Shown here one piece after another: positions 19,657 to 32,196 of a stretch of DNA of 64,000 nucleotides. The translations under genes and the position numbers were made by a program. Origin of the DNA: an uncultured Actinomycetes bacterium (GTDB taxonomy: Bacteria > Actinomycetota > Thermoleophilia > Gaiellales > Gaiellaceae); contig CAWBVD010000003.1 of the NCBI GenBank assembly GCA_963792135.1, positions 90,707-154,706 on the forward strand. The letters are read 5' to 3'. How positions within the stretch are numbered: position 1 is the first letter of the stretch; every line of letters begins with the position of its first letter. The notes below the pieces were generated by a model. The model saw only the letters and a list, made by a program, of their open reading frames with translations. It did not search any database and was not told the DNA's origin.

Positions 19657-20697
19657 GTGCCGTCGGTGCAGGATCCGTCGCGGGGAGGCAGGCGCGTCAC
19701 GATCGCGGACATCGCGCGCGAGGCCGGCGTGTCGAAGGGCGCCGTCTCGTACGCGCTGAACGGGCTGCCCGGCGTGTCCGCGAGCACGCGAGCGCGCGTG
19801 CTCGCGATCGCGAACGAGCTCGGCTGGTACCCGAACCGCGCAGCGCGGGCGCTGTCGGCGGCGCGAGCCGACGCGTGCGGCCTCGTTGTCGCGCGTCCGG
19901 CGCGGATGCTCGCGCTCGAGCCGTTCTTCATGGAGTTCGTCTCGGGCGTCGAGGCGGAGCTGTCGGCGCGCTCGGTCGCACTCACGATCCAGCTCGCCCA
20001 CGACCCCGCGGAGGAGATCGAGATCTACCGGCGCTGGTGGGCCGAGCGCCGAGTCGACGGCGTGATGGTGTACGACCCGCGCGTCGACGACCCGCGGATC
20101 CCGGCGCTCGTCGAGCTCGGGCTGCCGGCGGTCGTCGTCGGCGGGCCGATCGAGGGCTCGGAGCTGCCGTCCGTCTGGCACGACGAGTCGTCGCCGGTCG
20201 TCGAGGCGGTGCGGTACCTCGGCGCGCTCGGCCACACGCGGATCGCACGCGTCGCCGGCCTCGGCGAGTTCGAACACACGGTCCGACGTACGCGCGCGTT
20301 CGAGGAGGTCACGCGCGAGCTCGGCGTCGTCTCCCAGGTGGTCGACACCGACTACACCCCGGAGAGCGGCGCGCGCGCAACGCGGCGGCTGCTCTCGCTG
20401 CCCCAGCCGCCGACCGGGATCGTCTTCGACAGCGACGTCCTCGCCGTCACGGGCCTCGGCGTCGCGCACCAGATGGGCTTCTCCGTTCCCGACGACGTCT
20501 CGATCGTCGCGTGGGACGACTCGCTCATCTGCCAGGTCGTCCACCCGCCGCTCACGGCGATGACGCGGGACATCCCGAGCTACGGGAGCGCGGTCGCGCG
20601 GCGGCTGCTCGCGGAGATCGACGGCCACGGCGCCGGCGACGTCGAGGAGCAGCGCGCCGAGCTCGTCCCGCGCGGCAGCACCGGCCCCGTCCGGTAG
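19657..20697 (+). CDS. LacI family transcriptional regulator
   Basis: HTH VTIADIAREAGVSKGAVSYALNG..STRARVLAIANELGWYPNRAARALS, then a periplasmic-binding-like sugar domain. The start is uncertain (GTG 19657 or 19666; the ORF opens at 19567). Confidence 0.85.
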   Translation: MPSVQDPSRGGRRVTIADIAREAGVSKGAVSYALNGLPGVSASTRARVLAIANELGWYPNRAARALSAARADACGLVVARPARMLALEPFFMEFVSGVEAELSARSVALTIQLAHDPAEEIEIYRRWWAERRVDGVMVYDPRVDDPRIPALVELGLPAVVVGGPIEGSELPSVWHDESSPVVEAVRYLGALGHTRIARVAGLGEFEHTVRRTRAFEEVTRELGVVSQVVDTDYTPESGARATRRLLSLPQPPTGIVFDSDVLAVTGLGVAHQMGFSVPDDVSIVAWDDSLICQVVHPPLTAMTRDIPSYGSAVARRLLAEIDGHGAGDVEEQRAELVPRGSTGPVR

Positions 20698-20743
20698 CGG
20701 CCCGAACCACCGCCCGCGGCGGGCGCGGGCCGTACTCGGCGGG

Positions 20744-22834
20744 TTGACACTGAACCGGATAAGTGATTCAGTAGCACTGGCGTATGCGACAGCGGCGACG
20801 AAGCTGTGTGGCAGGAGCGACGCAGGGCGGACGTCGTCGCCGCCGTGGATCGGCGCGAACTTCTGGTCGCGCAGCGGCGGGCCGCGGATGTGGACTCGCT
20901 ACGACCGCGCAGTCGTCCGCGAAGAACTCGCCGTTCTCGCCGATCACGGGCTGAACGTCACGCGCTCGTTCTGCTACTGGCCGGACTTCGTCCCGGAGCC
21001 CGGGCGGCTCGACGAGGAGCTTCTGGAACGGTTCAGGGATTTCCTCGACGCGCACGTCGAGCACGAGCCTCGGGACGATCCCGACGTTCCTCGTCGGCCA
21101 CATGTCCGGCGAGAACTGGGACCCGGGGTGGCGGCAGGGCCGCGACCTGTACCGCGACGTCTGGATGGTCGCGCAGCAGGCGTGGCTCGCCGGCGAGATC
21201 GCGCGGCGCTTCGGCGACCACCCGGCCGTCGTCGGCTGGCTCGTCTCGAACGAGATGCCGCTGTACGGCGGCCCCGCGACCGCGGACGAGGTCGCGGCGT
21301 GGGCGCAGCTCGTCGTCCAGGCCGTCCGCGCTGCCGGCGCGACCCAGCCGCTCTCGCTCGGCGACGGTGCGTGGGGGGTCGAGACGACCGGCGTCGACAA
21401 CGGCTTCTCGCTCCGTGCGCTCGCGCCGCTCGTCGACTTCGTCGGGCCGCACGTGTACCCGATGGAGGACGACCCGGTGCGGCAGTTCCTCACCGCCGCG
21501 TTCGCGTGCGAGCTCGCCGGCGGCTTCGGCCGGCCGGTCGTGCTCGAGGAGTTCGGCGTCAGCTCCGACTTCGCCGCCGACGAGCACGCGGCCGCGTACT
21601 ACCGGCAGGTGCTCCACACGACGCTGCTCGCCGGCGCGCGCGGGTGGATCGCCTGGAACAACACCGACTACGACGACCTCCGCGACGAGGACCCGTACCG
21701 GCACCACGTCTTCGAGCTCCACTTCGGGCTGACCGACGCGACGGGCCGGCCGAAGCCGCAGCTCGGCGAGCTCGCGCGCTTCGCGCGGCTCGTCCGCGAG
21801 CTCGGCCCGGGCTGGGAGCCGATTCGCGGCGACGCCGCGCTGCTCGTGCCCGAGCACTTCGAGCGCGAGCTCCCGTTCACCTCGCCCGCGTACCGGCAGG
21901 ACCTCCGGGCGGCGTTGTTGCAGGGCTACGTCGCGGCCCGGGAGGCTGATCTCCCGATCGCGCTCGTCCGCGAGCGCGACGGCATCCCGGGCCCGACCGG
22001 CCTCCTGATCGCGCCGTCGACGAAGCTCCTCACCGCCGGCGGGCTCGACCGGCTGGCAGAGCTCGCGCACGGCGGCGCCACGGTGTACCTCTCGTACTTC
22101 GCGGGCAGCACCGCCGAGCCAGCGCGGGCCGTGGCTCACCGGGCTCGACGAACTCTTCGGCGTGCGGCACCGGCTGCGCTACGGCCTCGTCGACCCGATC
22201 GAGGACGAGATGATCACCTTCGACTTCGTCGAGCAGCTTGGCGACATCGAGCCGGGGACGCGGCTGACGTTCCGTGCCGCCGGCTCCGCGAGCGCCCGCT
22301 CGTACCTGCCGGTCGACCCGGCCGGGCGCTCGCGTCGTCGCGATCGACGCGCACGGCCGGCCGGCGGTGCTCCGGCACGCGCTCGGCGACGGCTCGACCG
22401 TGCTCTGCACGTACCCGCTCGAGTACATGGCCTCGAAGACGCCGAACGCGAACCCCGAGAGCACGTGGCGGCTCTACTCCGCGCTCGCCGCGGCGGCGGG
22501 CGTGCGCCGAGCGGTGCGGGTCGACGACCCGCGCGTGCTCGTCGGCGTCGTGCGGGGCGGCTCGGGCGACCTCGCCGTCCTCGTCAACTCCTCCGGCGAC
22601 GCGGTCGAGGTCGACCCGGTCGTCGAGGACGGCGTCGAGCTCGCGCTCCCCGAGGGCGGACTCGAGCTCGGGCCGTTCGCGGTCGCGACGCTGCGGCTCT
22701 CGCGGCGCGGCGACGACGACGACCCGGTCCTCGGCGTTGCGGGATTTCCCGCAACGCGATTCCGCGCCGGCCCGGATGGTGCGGCGGAGGGACTGGTCGA
22801 CACTCCCGACGAAGGGAGGGATGCGACCGGCTGA
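20744..22834 (+). pseudogene. GH5-like glycoside hydrolase with a C-terminal GH42-like domain, 3 frame breaks, start unresolved
   Basis: IGANFW, VVGWLVSNEMP (acid/base NE) and VVLEEFG (nucleophile). The protein is pieced from ORFs 20744, 21102, 22162 and 22274, with breaks near 21065, 22120 and 22320. Stop at 22834. Confidence 0.7.
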
Positions 22835-22915
22835 ATGCTCTGGAAACATGACCGTGCGATCGGCGTGCTGGACCGCCGAGCACATCGACAACGAGGGAGG
22901 AGGTACGTGAACATC

Positions 22916-24647
22916 ATGAGTACTCACAAGAAGGGATTCGGCGTTACGGTCGGCGCGCTGGCGGTCATCGCATTCGCCGTGGTCTCGATCGTCGGTGCAT
23001 CCGGGGCGGGCGCCACCCGCTCCGCGTCGCTTCCGCGCTCGCAGACGCTGTACATGAGCGGCAACCAGTGGTCGCCGAACAACGACGCGAACCCGGCGAA
23101 GAACTGGGACTACGTCACCGGGCTCGTCGGCTTCGCGTACGAGACGCCGTTCCGTTACAACCCGCTCAAGGACCAGTTCATCCCGTGGCTCGCGACCGGC
23201 GGCAAGTGGACGACGCCGACGACGTACACGATGAACATCCGCCAGGGCGTGATGTGGAGCGACGGCAAGCCGATGACGGCGAGTGACGTCGCCTACAGCT
23301 TCAACCTGCTGAAGCTCACGACGCATCCACAGCACGCGCTCTTCGCCGACACGGGGCTGAAGAGCGTCAAGGTCAGCGGCAACAACGTCGTCTTCTCGTT
23401 CGCCGGCAAGCCCGGCTACCAGGAGTTCGACTTCTACCGCTTCAACGTCGCGGTGGTGCCGCAGCACGTGTTCTCGAAGTTCAGCAACACCGACATCGCC
23501 ACCGGGAACCTGACGAGCCAGAGCATCGTCGGCACCGGCCCGTACCTCTACCAGTCCGGGTTCAGCGCGCAGTCGCCGACGATGGTCTGGAAGCGGAACG
23601 ACAACTGGTGGGCGATCAAGGCGCTCGGGCTCAAGGTCGGCCCGACGTACGTCGTCGACATCAAGAACGGCACGAACGCGGCGGCTCTCGCCAACTTCCA
23701 GGCCGGGAACATCGACCTCTTCAACAACTTCGCACCGAAAGCAGCGATCAAGGGCAGCGTGAAGACGTACTTCAGCGGCACGCCGTACCACCTGGGCGCG
23801 AACACGGTCTGGCTCTTCCCCAACACGACCGAGAAGCCGCTCAACGACCCGCAGTTCCGCCGCGCGCTCGCCTACTCGATCAACCTGCAGCAGATCCTCG
23901 ACAAGTCGTACCAGGGCATGGCCGCCAAGGCGAGCCCGACGGGCCTGCTGCCGATCTGGAACAAGTGGATCAACAAGGGCGTCGTCAGCAAGTACGGCTT
24001 CTCGTACAACGTGGCGAAGGCCAAGGCAACCCTGGCGGCCGCCGGCTACAAGGACACGAACGGCGACGGCTACGTCGAGAACAAGGACGGCTCGCACGAT
24101 CGACCTCAAGCTCGCGGTGCCGAACGGCTGGTCGGACTGGATGACCGCGACGCAGGTGATCTCCGACAGCGCGAAGGCCGTCGGGATCAAGGTCACGCCC
24201 GAGTTCCCGGAGTACGCCACCCTCGTCGACGACCGGGGTCACGCGAACTACGACCTCGTGCTCGGCAACGACCGGCAGTACAGCAACACGCCGTGGACGT
24301 ACTACCAGTACATCTACCAGCTGCCTCTCTCGGGCAACCAGACCTCGACGAACTACGAGCGGTACACGGATCAGAGCGCCTGGAACCTGACGCAGAAGCT
24401 GGACAAGACGCTGTCGTCGAACACCGCGGCGTACCAGTCCGTGATGACGCAGCTCGAGACCACGTTCCTGCAGAACCTGCCCGCGATTCCGCTGTGGTAC
24501 AACGGCATGTGGGCGATGTACAACACGAAGTACTGGACGAACTGGCCCTCCTCCACGGGCAACCAGTACACGCCCAGCTCCTGGCGGAACTACTTCCAGA
24601 TGACGAGCATCGACATGTTCACGCATCTGCGCCCCGCCAAGACGTAA
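22916..24647 (+). CDS. ABC transporter substrate-binding protein, family 5 (oligosaccharide/peptide type), one +1 break near 24090
   Basis: Signal/anchor MSTHKKGFGVTVGALAVIAFAVVSIVGASG. GGGAGGAGG RBS upstream (GTG 22907 is an alternative start). The body continues in ORF 24117..24647 (..IDLKLAVPNGWSDWM..). Confidence 0.85.
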
Positions 24648-24680
24648 CGGGAGCGAAGGGAGCCCCGACGATGCGCGCGA

Positions 24681-24711
24681 CACCCCTCCCGGCCTCGATC
24701 CGGGAGGGGTG
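24681..24711 (+). terminator. Perfect 12-bp stem-loop between the SBP and permease genes (CACCCCTCCCGG-7 nt-CCGGGAGGGGTG)
   Basis: Read directly. Anchored by the SBP stop at 24645-24647 and the permease ATG at 24747. No U-tract. Confidence 0.5.
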
Positions 24712-24746
24712 CTCGCCGTGAGCGATCATTCCGCGGAAGAGACTCG

Positions 24747-25734
24747 ATGGCCCGATACCTGACACGGAAGATCTGCATCTACCTCGTCACCTTCTGGGTC
24801 GCGGTGACGATCGACTGGGCGATCCCGCGCTTCATGCCGGGCGACCCGATCCAGCAGCTCCTCTCGCGGATGCAGGCCCAGCCGGGCGCGCAGACGATCC
24901 TGACCGGCTACTACACGAAGGCGTTCGGCTTCGACGTCCCGCTGTGGAAGCAGTACCTCAACTTCTGGGCGGCGCTCTTCCGCGGCGATCTCGGCCGCAG
25001 CATCATGGACTTCCCCACCCCGGTCTCGACGCTGATCTTCGGCGCGCTGCCGTACACGCTCGCGCTGCTCGTACCGGCGATCCTGCTCAGCTTCTGGGCC
25101 GGGAACAAGGTCGGCGCGCTCGCCGCCCGCCGCAAGGCGCTCGACAACGGCGTGCTGCCGTTCGCGTACGTGCTGACCTCGACCCCGCAGATGTGGCTCG
25201 GGCTCGTGCTCGCATGGCTCCTCGCGAGCACGCTGCGCTGGTTCCCGGTCTCCGGCGCGTACAGCCTCTCGATGCAGCCCGAGTGGTCGACGCAGTTCGT
25301 CGGCAGCTTCCTCTACCACTGGGTGCTGCCGTTCCTCGCGCTGTTCCTCGTCGCCTTCGGCGGCTGGGCGATCGGGATGCGGAACCTGATCATCTACGAG
25401 CTCGAGGCGGACTACTCGCACTACCTCGCCTCGCTCGGCGCGCCGAACAAGCTCGTCCGCAAGTACGCGTACCGCAACGCGCTGCTGCCGCAGATCACCG
25501 GGCTCGCGCTCGCGCTCGGCGCGGTCGTCGCCGGCGCGATCGTGGTCGAGATCGTCTTCTCGTACCCGGGCCTCGGGACGCTGACGCTGACAGGCGATCC
25601 AGAACCGCGACTACTTCCTGATCCAGGGGATCTTCCTGTTCGTGATCATCGGGGTGCTGATCGCGAACTTCTGCATCGACGTCGCGTACGTGATGATCGA
25701 CCCGCGCACGCGGGTCGGGATGCTGGGCCGCTGA
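24747..25734 (+). CDS. ABC transporter permease (DppB/OppB type), one +1 break near 25595
   Basis: MARYLTRKICIYLVTFWVAVTIDWAIPRFMPGDP.. The tail QAIQNRDYFLIQGIFLFVIIGVLIANFCIDVAYVMIDPRTR..* lies in the next frame; stop 25732-25734. Confidence 0.85.
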
Positions 25735-26679
25735 TGGCCGTCTCGGACCGGCCGCCGGAGACCGCGACCCTCCCCGAGGAGCGGGTCCCGGCCGTCCCGG
25801 AGCCGACGGAAGCGTCGATCGCGCTGGCCCACCGCCGGGGGCCGGAGTTCTTCTACTTCGCCCGCCGGAACGTCAAGTTCGTGATCGGCTTCTGCCTCGT
25901 CGCGAGCATGCTCGTGCTCGCGATCGTCGGCCCGCACCTGACCAGCCACGCGCCGCTCGAGTTCAACGGCCCGACCGACGGGGGGCCGTCCGGCAGCGTA
26001 CTGGTTCGGGACGACCTCGTTCGGCCAGGACGTCTTCTCGCAGTTCGTCCACGGGCTCCGCGCCGCGTTCCTGGTCGGCGCCCTCGGCGGCGGGATCGCG
26101 GCCGTGATCGGGATGGTCGTCGGGTTCACGGCCGGCTACCGCGGCGGCTGGATCGACGACCTCCTGAACATGCTCACGAACGTCGTGCTCGTGATCCCGA
26201 CGCTCGCGATCCTGATCATCGTCGCCGCGTACCTGAGCGTCCAGAGCTACGCGACCGAGGCGGTGCTGATCGGGCTCACCTCGTGGCCGTGGGCGGCGCG
26301 CGCGATCCGCTCGCAGACCTTCACGCTGAAGACGCGCGAGTTCGTCGACGTCGCGCGCATCAGCGGCCGCAACCGCTTCCAGATCATCGCCCGCGAGATC
26401 GCGCCGAACATGAGCTCGTACCTGCTGATGATGTTCATCCTCCTGTTCGGCGGCGCGATCCTGATCGGCGCGACGCTCGACTTCCTCGGCCTCGGCCCGT
26501 CGCAGTCGGTCTCGCTCGGGCTGATGATGAACAGCGCCGCGATGTCGAGCGCCCTGCTCCTCGGCGACTGGTGGTGGTTCCTGCCGCCGGGGCTAGGGAT
26601 CATCGCGATCGTCGGCGGGCTGTACGTGATGAACGTCGGCCTCGACGAGGTCTTCAACCCGAAGCTGCGGGAGACGTGA
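25734..26679 (+). CDS. ABC transporter permease (DppC/OppC type), one +1 break near 25985
   Basis: The ATG overlaps the previous stop (TGATG). The N-terminus is in the ORF 24747 frame, then YWFGTTSFGQDVFSQFVHG..REFVDVARISG.. in ORF 26104..26679. Confidence 0.85.
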
Positions 26680-27615
26680 CGTGAGCCTCGTCGTCGACGA
26701 CCTGCGCGTGTACTACCGCTCGCTGAAGGGCGACGTCCGCGCGCTCGACGGGGTCAGCTTCGAGATCGGCGACGGCGAGATCCTCGGCCTCGCGGGCGAG
26801 TCCGGCTGCGGGAAGTCGACGCTCGCGAAGAGCCTCGTCCGCCTCGACATGCGGATGAAGTACGTCGCCGGCCACGTCAAGCTCGACGAGGCGGAGCTGC
26901 CGATCTGGGACGACGCGAAGATGAACCGCTTCCGCTTCGAGGAGGTCTCGATCGTGCCGCAGTACGCGATGAGCGCGCTCAACCCGACGCGCAAGGTCGG
27001 CGCGGTGGCGGCCGACCTGCTCGCCGCGCGCGGCGTCGCGTACAAGGACATTCTGCCGGAGCTGCAGCGCCGGCTCGATCTCGTCGGGCTCTCGCACGAC
27101 GTGCTCGGGATGTTCCCGATCGAGCTCTCCGGCGGGATGAAGCAGCGCGCGGTGATGGTGATCTCGACGCTGCTCGACCCGTCGCTGCTGATCGCCGACG
27201 AGGTCACCTCCGCGCTCGACGTCTCGAGCCAGCGCGCGCTCGCCGGGATGCTGCTCGAGTTCCGGGAGCGCGGGTTCGTGAAGAGCATGATCGTGGTCAC
27301 CCACGACCTCGCCGTCCTGTACCAGATCGCCGACACGATCATGATCATGTACGCGGGCCGGCTCGCCGAGAAGGCGCCGGCGGAGACGATCGTCACGCCG
27401 GCCGCGGCACCCGTACACGAGGCGCTGATCGGCTCGCTGCCGAAGGTCGGCGTCCGGATCGAGGACGAGCGGCTCGCACGGGATCCCGGGCGGCCCGCCG
27501 TCGCTCCTCGACCCGCCGAGCCGGCTGCCGCTTCCGCGGCCGCTGCCCGCTCGCGCACGACCGCTGCGCCGAGCAGCCGCCGCTCGTCGAGGTCGAGCCG
27601 CGGCCACCACGTCGC

Positions 27616-29943
<2,328 letters not shown>

Positions 29944-29973
29944 AAGCGACATAACCTCTGGTATACATAGTGT

Positions 29974-30234
29974 ATGACAACTCAAGTACCCGTCCGTCTG
30001 ACGGATTCGGACCTGGCCGCGCTGGACGCCGCCGTCGCGCGCGGCTCGTTCGCCAGCCGGAGCGAGGCGCTGCGGGCGGGGCTCGAGCGGGTTCTCGCAG
30101 ACGAGCGCCGGCGTGAGATCGACGAGGCGTACGCCCGCGGCTACGGCGAGCATCCGCAGGAGGAGTGGGTGGCGGAGGTCGGCGCGGCCGGCCTCGCCGC
30201 GTTCGATCGGGCCGAGGGCGGCGCCGACCTCTGA
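29974..30234 (+). CDS. Ribbon-helix-helix (CopG-type) antitoxin
   Basis: 86 aa. N-terminal RHH VPVRLTDSDLAALDAAVARGSFASRSEALRAGLERVL. Lies immediately upstream of the MazF-like ORF. Confidence 0.7.
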   Translation: MTTQVPVRLTDSDLAALDAAVARGSFASRSEALRAGLERVLADERRREIDEAYARGYGEHPQEEWVAEVGAAGLAAFDRAEGGADL

Positions 30235-30549
30235 ACCGGGGTGAGATCTACGACGTCGAGCTCCCGGGCGGGAGGCGACCGGTCGTCGTCGTCACCCGTG
30301 ACCGGGCGATCCCGGTCCTGGCGAACGTCACGGTGGCGGCCGTGACGGCGACGATTCGCGGGCTCCCGACCGAAGTGCCACTCGGGCCGGAGCACGGCCT
30401 TGCCCGCGAATGCGTCGTGAACTGCGACAACCTCTTCACGATCCCGAAGTCCGGCGCTCGGCCGGCGCCGCGGCGCGCTCGACCCGCCGTCGATCGCCCG
30501 GCTCCGTTCGGCGCTGCTGATCGCGCTCGACCTCGACTCGTTAGGCTGA
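30231..30549 (+). CDS. MazF/PemK-family toxin, one +1 break near 30455, start unresolved
   Basis: RGEIYDVELPGGRRPVVVVTRD..TVAAVTATIRGLPTEVPL..CVVNCDNLFTIPKS, then ALGRRRGALDPPSIARLRSALLIALDL..* in the next frame (stop 30547-30549). The only nearby in-frame start is CTG 30231. Confidence 0.75.
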
Positions 30550-30553
30550 GACC

Positions 30554-31200
30554 ATGGTTCTGGTCGAGGCGTCGACGCTCGGCGAAGGCTGGCTCGCCGT
30601 GTCGCGGACGATCCTCGAGAGCGGCGACGACGCGACCTGGGGCGGGGCACCGACCCGGGAGGTCGCGCTGCTGACGCTCGCCGTCGAGAGGCCCGACTCA
30701 CGCGATGCGCTGATCGCGGAGCTCGGCGACCCCGACTGGCTCGACTGGATGCACCGGAACTTCTTCGTCCACGAGGAGGTGCCGGAGCTCGGCCGGGCGC
30801 GGAGCTACGCGCAGCGGCTCTTCGACTACGGCGCCGGCGGGCGCGACCAGATCGCCTGGGTGGTCGAGCGGCTGCGCGCCGACCCGGAGTGCCGCGACGC
30901 CGCGATCACGACCCTCGAGCCCCTCGTCGACACGACCTATGTCCCGTGCGTGAGCATGCTCGACTTCTGGCTCCGCGGACCAAGGAGCGACTCGAGCTCG
31001 TGGTCTACGCGCACAGACTCGACTTCGGCAAGAAGGCCTACGGCAACCTTGTCGAGCTCGCCCACCTGCAGGAGCGCGTCGCCGACGAGCTCGGCCGCTC
31101 GGTTGGAAGGCTCGTCGTCCACGTGAAGACGGCCCACGTATACGAGCCCGAGCTTGCCGCGATGGCCGAGCTCGCGGCTCAGCTCAGCGCCACCGGCTGA
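30554..31200 (+). CDS. Short (about 215 aa) thymidylate-synthase-fold protein, one frame break near 30975
   Basis: Aligns by eye to the ThyA core: DQIAWVVERLRADPECRDA (DQI..DPDSRR), YVPCVSMLDFW (PCH Cys), LELVVYAHRLD (YQRSxD), AYGNL (FNI Asn), VKTAHVYE (DTHLY). The ATG is 4 nt after the mazF-like stop. Confidence 0.7.
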
Positions 31201-32153
31201 CCCTCGACGCTCGACCGGTGCAGCGCCTCGAGCGCCCGCGCCTGCGCGACCGCGTCCTCGCGACCGAGCAGGAGCTCGCCCTCGCCGCGGATCGCGTCGC
31301 TCAGGTTCTCGAGCTCGAGCCGATAGGAGTCCTCGACCGGCAGCTCGACCCGCTCGACCGAGCCCTCCCGCCGCACCTCGATCACCGGCTTGCGCGCATG
31401 CCACGGGTCGTCGACGAAGAGCGAGCCCTCCGAGCCGATCGCCTCCAGCTCGTCGCGCCCCGGCAGCGCGGTGCCGCAGTCGAAGAGCGCGAGCACGTCA
31501 TCCGGGAAGCGCATCGTCGCAGCGAAGACCCAGTCGGTCCCGCTCGGCCCGAACCACGCCGACCCGAACACCGACTCCGGCTCGCCGGCCAGATACCGCG
31601 AGCCGCTCACGCAGTAGCAGCCGACGTCCATCAGCGCCCCGCCCTCGACTTCCGTCCGCAGCCGGATGTTGTCCGCGTCGTAGAGCGAGTAGGAAAACAC
31701 CGCGCGCACCAGCCGCAGCTCGCCGATCGCCCCCTCGGCCATGAGCGACGTGAGCTCCTTCGCGAGCGGGTTGTGCCGCCACATGAACGCCTCCGAGAGA
31801 AAGCGCCCCGCCCGCTCCGCCGCGTCGAACGCCGCCTCGACCTCTTCGGGGTGCCGCGAGAACGGCTTCTCGCAGAGCACGTGCTTCCCGGCTTCGACAG
31901 CCTTGATCGACCACTCGGCGTGCATCGTGTTCGGCAGCGAGATGTAGAGCGCCTCGATCTCCGGGTCGGCGAGCAGCTCCTCGTACGACCCGTAGGCCAC
32001 CGGGATCTCCCACTCGCGCGCATACGCATCGGCGCGCGCGCGATCGCGGCTCGCCACCGCCCGCAGCTCGACCTTCGGCGAGGCGTGCGCGCCGGGGATC
32101 ACGAGCCGGTTGATGTGCGCCGTCGAGACGATTCCCCAGATCACCGGCTTCAT
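31179..32153 (-). CDS. Gfo/Idh/MocA family oxidoreductase
   Basis: Intact 324-aa ORF. N-terminal Rossmann IWGIVSTAHI and the EKP motif HVLCEKPF. Confidence 0.85.
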   Translation of the reverse strand: MKPVIWGIVSTAHINRLVIPGAHASPKVELRAVASRDRARADAYAREWEIPVAYGSYEELLADPEIEALYISLPNTMHAEWSIKAVEAGKHVLCEKPFSRHPEEVEAAFDAAERAGRFLSEAFMWRHNPLAKELTSLMAEGAIGELRLVRAVFSYSLYDADNIRLRTEVEGGALMDVGCYCVSGSRYLAGEPESVFGSAWFGPSGTDWVFAATMRFPDDVLALFDCGTALPGRDELEAIGSEGSLFVDDPWHARKPVIEVRREGSVERVELPVEDSYRLELENLSDAIRGEGELLLGREDAVAQARALEALHRSSVEGQPVALS

Positions 32154-32196
32154 CGGCGATCGAGCATACGCAGTACGATCGCCGCGTGCTGACAGG

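Noticed and set aside
20784-20830. ATG 20784 (MRQRRRSCVAGAT..) as a twin-arginine signal start for the GH5 enzyme.
   Set aside because: It is in a different frame from the GH5 N-terminal motifs, no clear hydrophobic h-region follows the RRR, and an additional unverified -1 break would be required.
27395-27425. Possible pair of compensating indels in ATPase 1 that would turn PAAAPVHEALIGS into the conserved ..RHPYTEALIGS motif.
   Set aside because: It needs one extra and one missing base within about 15 nt. I cannot distinguish that from a genuinely divergent sequence by eye. It is noted but not counted as a frame break.
30165-30234. GTG 30165 as the MazF-like start, overlapping the antitoxin by 70 nt.
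   Set aside because: It would add a Gly/Arg-rich 22-aa extension (MGGGGRRGRPRRVRSGRGRRRP) with poor codon bias. The conserved RGEIY motif begins right after the antitoxin stop. The start is left unresolved (CTG 30231, or another break).
29974-31200. The TA/TS-like cassette as part of a horizontally acquired island.
   Set aside because: I saw no obvious drop in GC3 or change in codon style relative to neighbours, and no integrase, tRNA or flanking direct repeats. Acquisition cannot be supported from the sequence alone.
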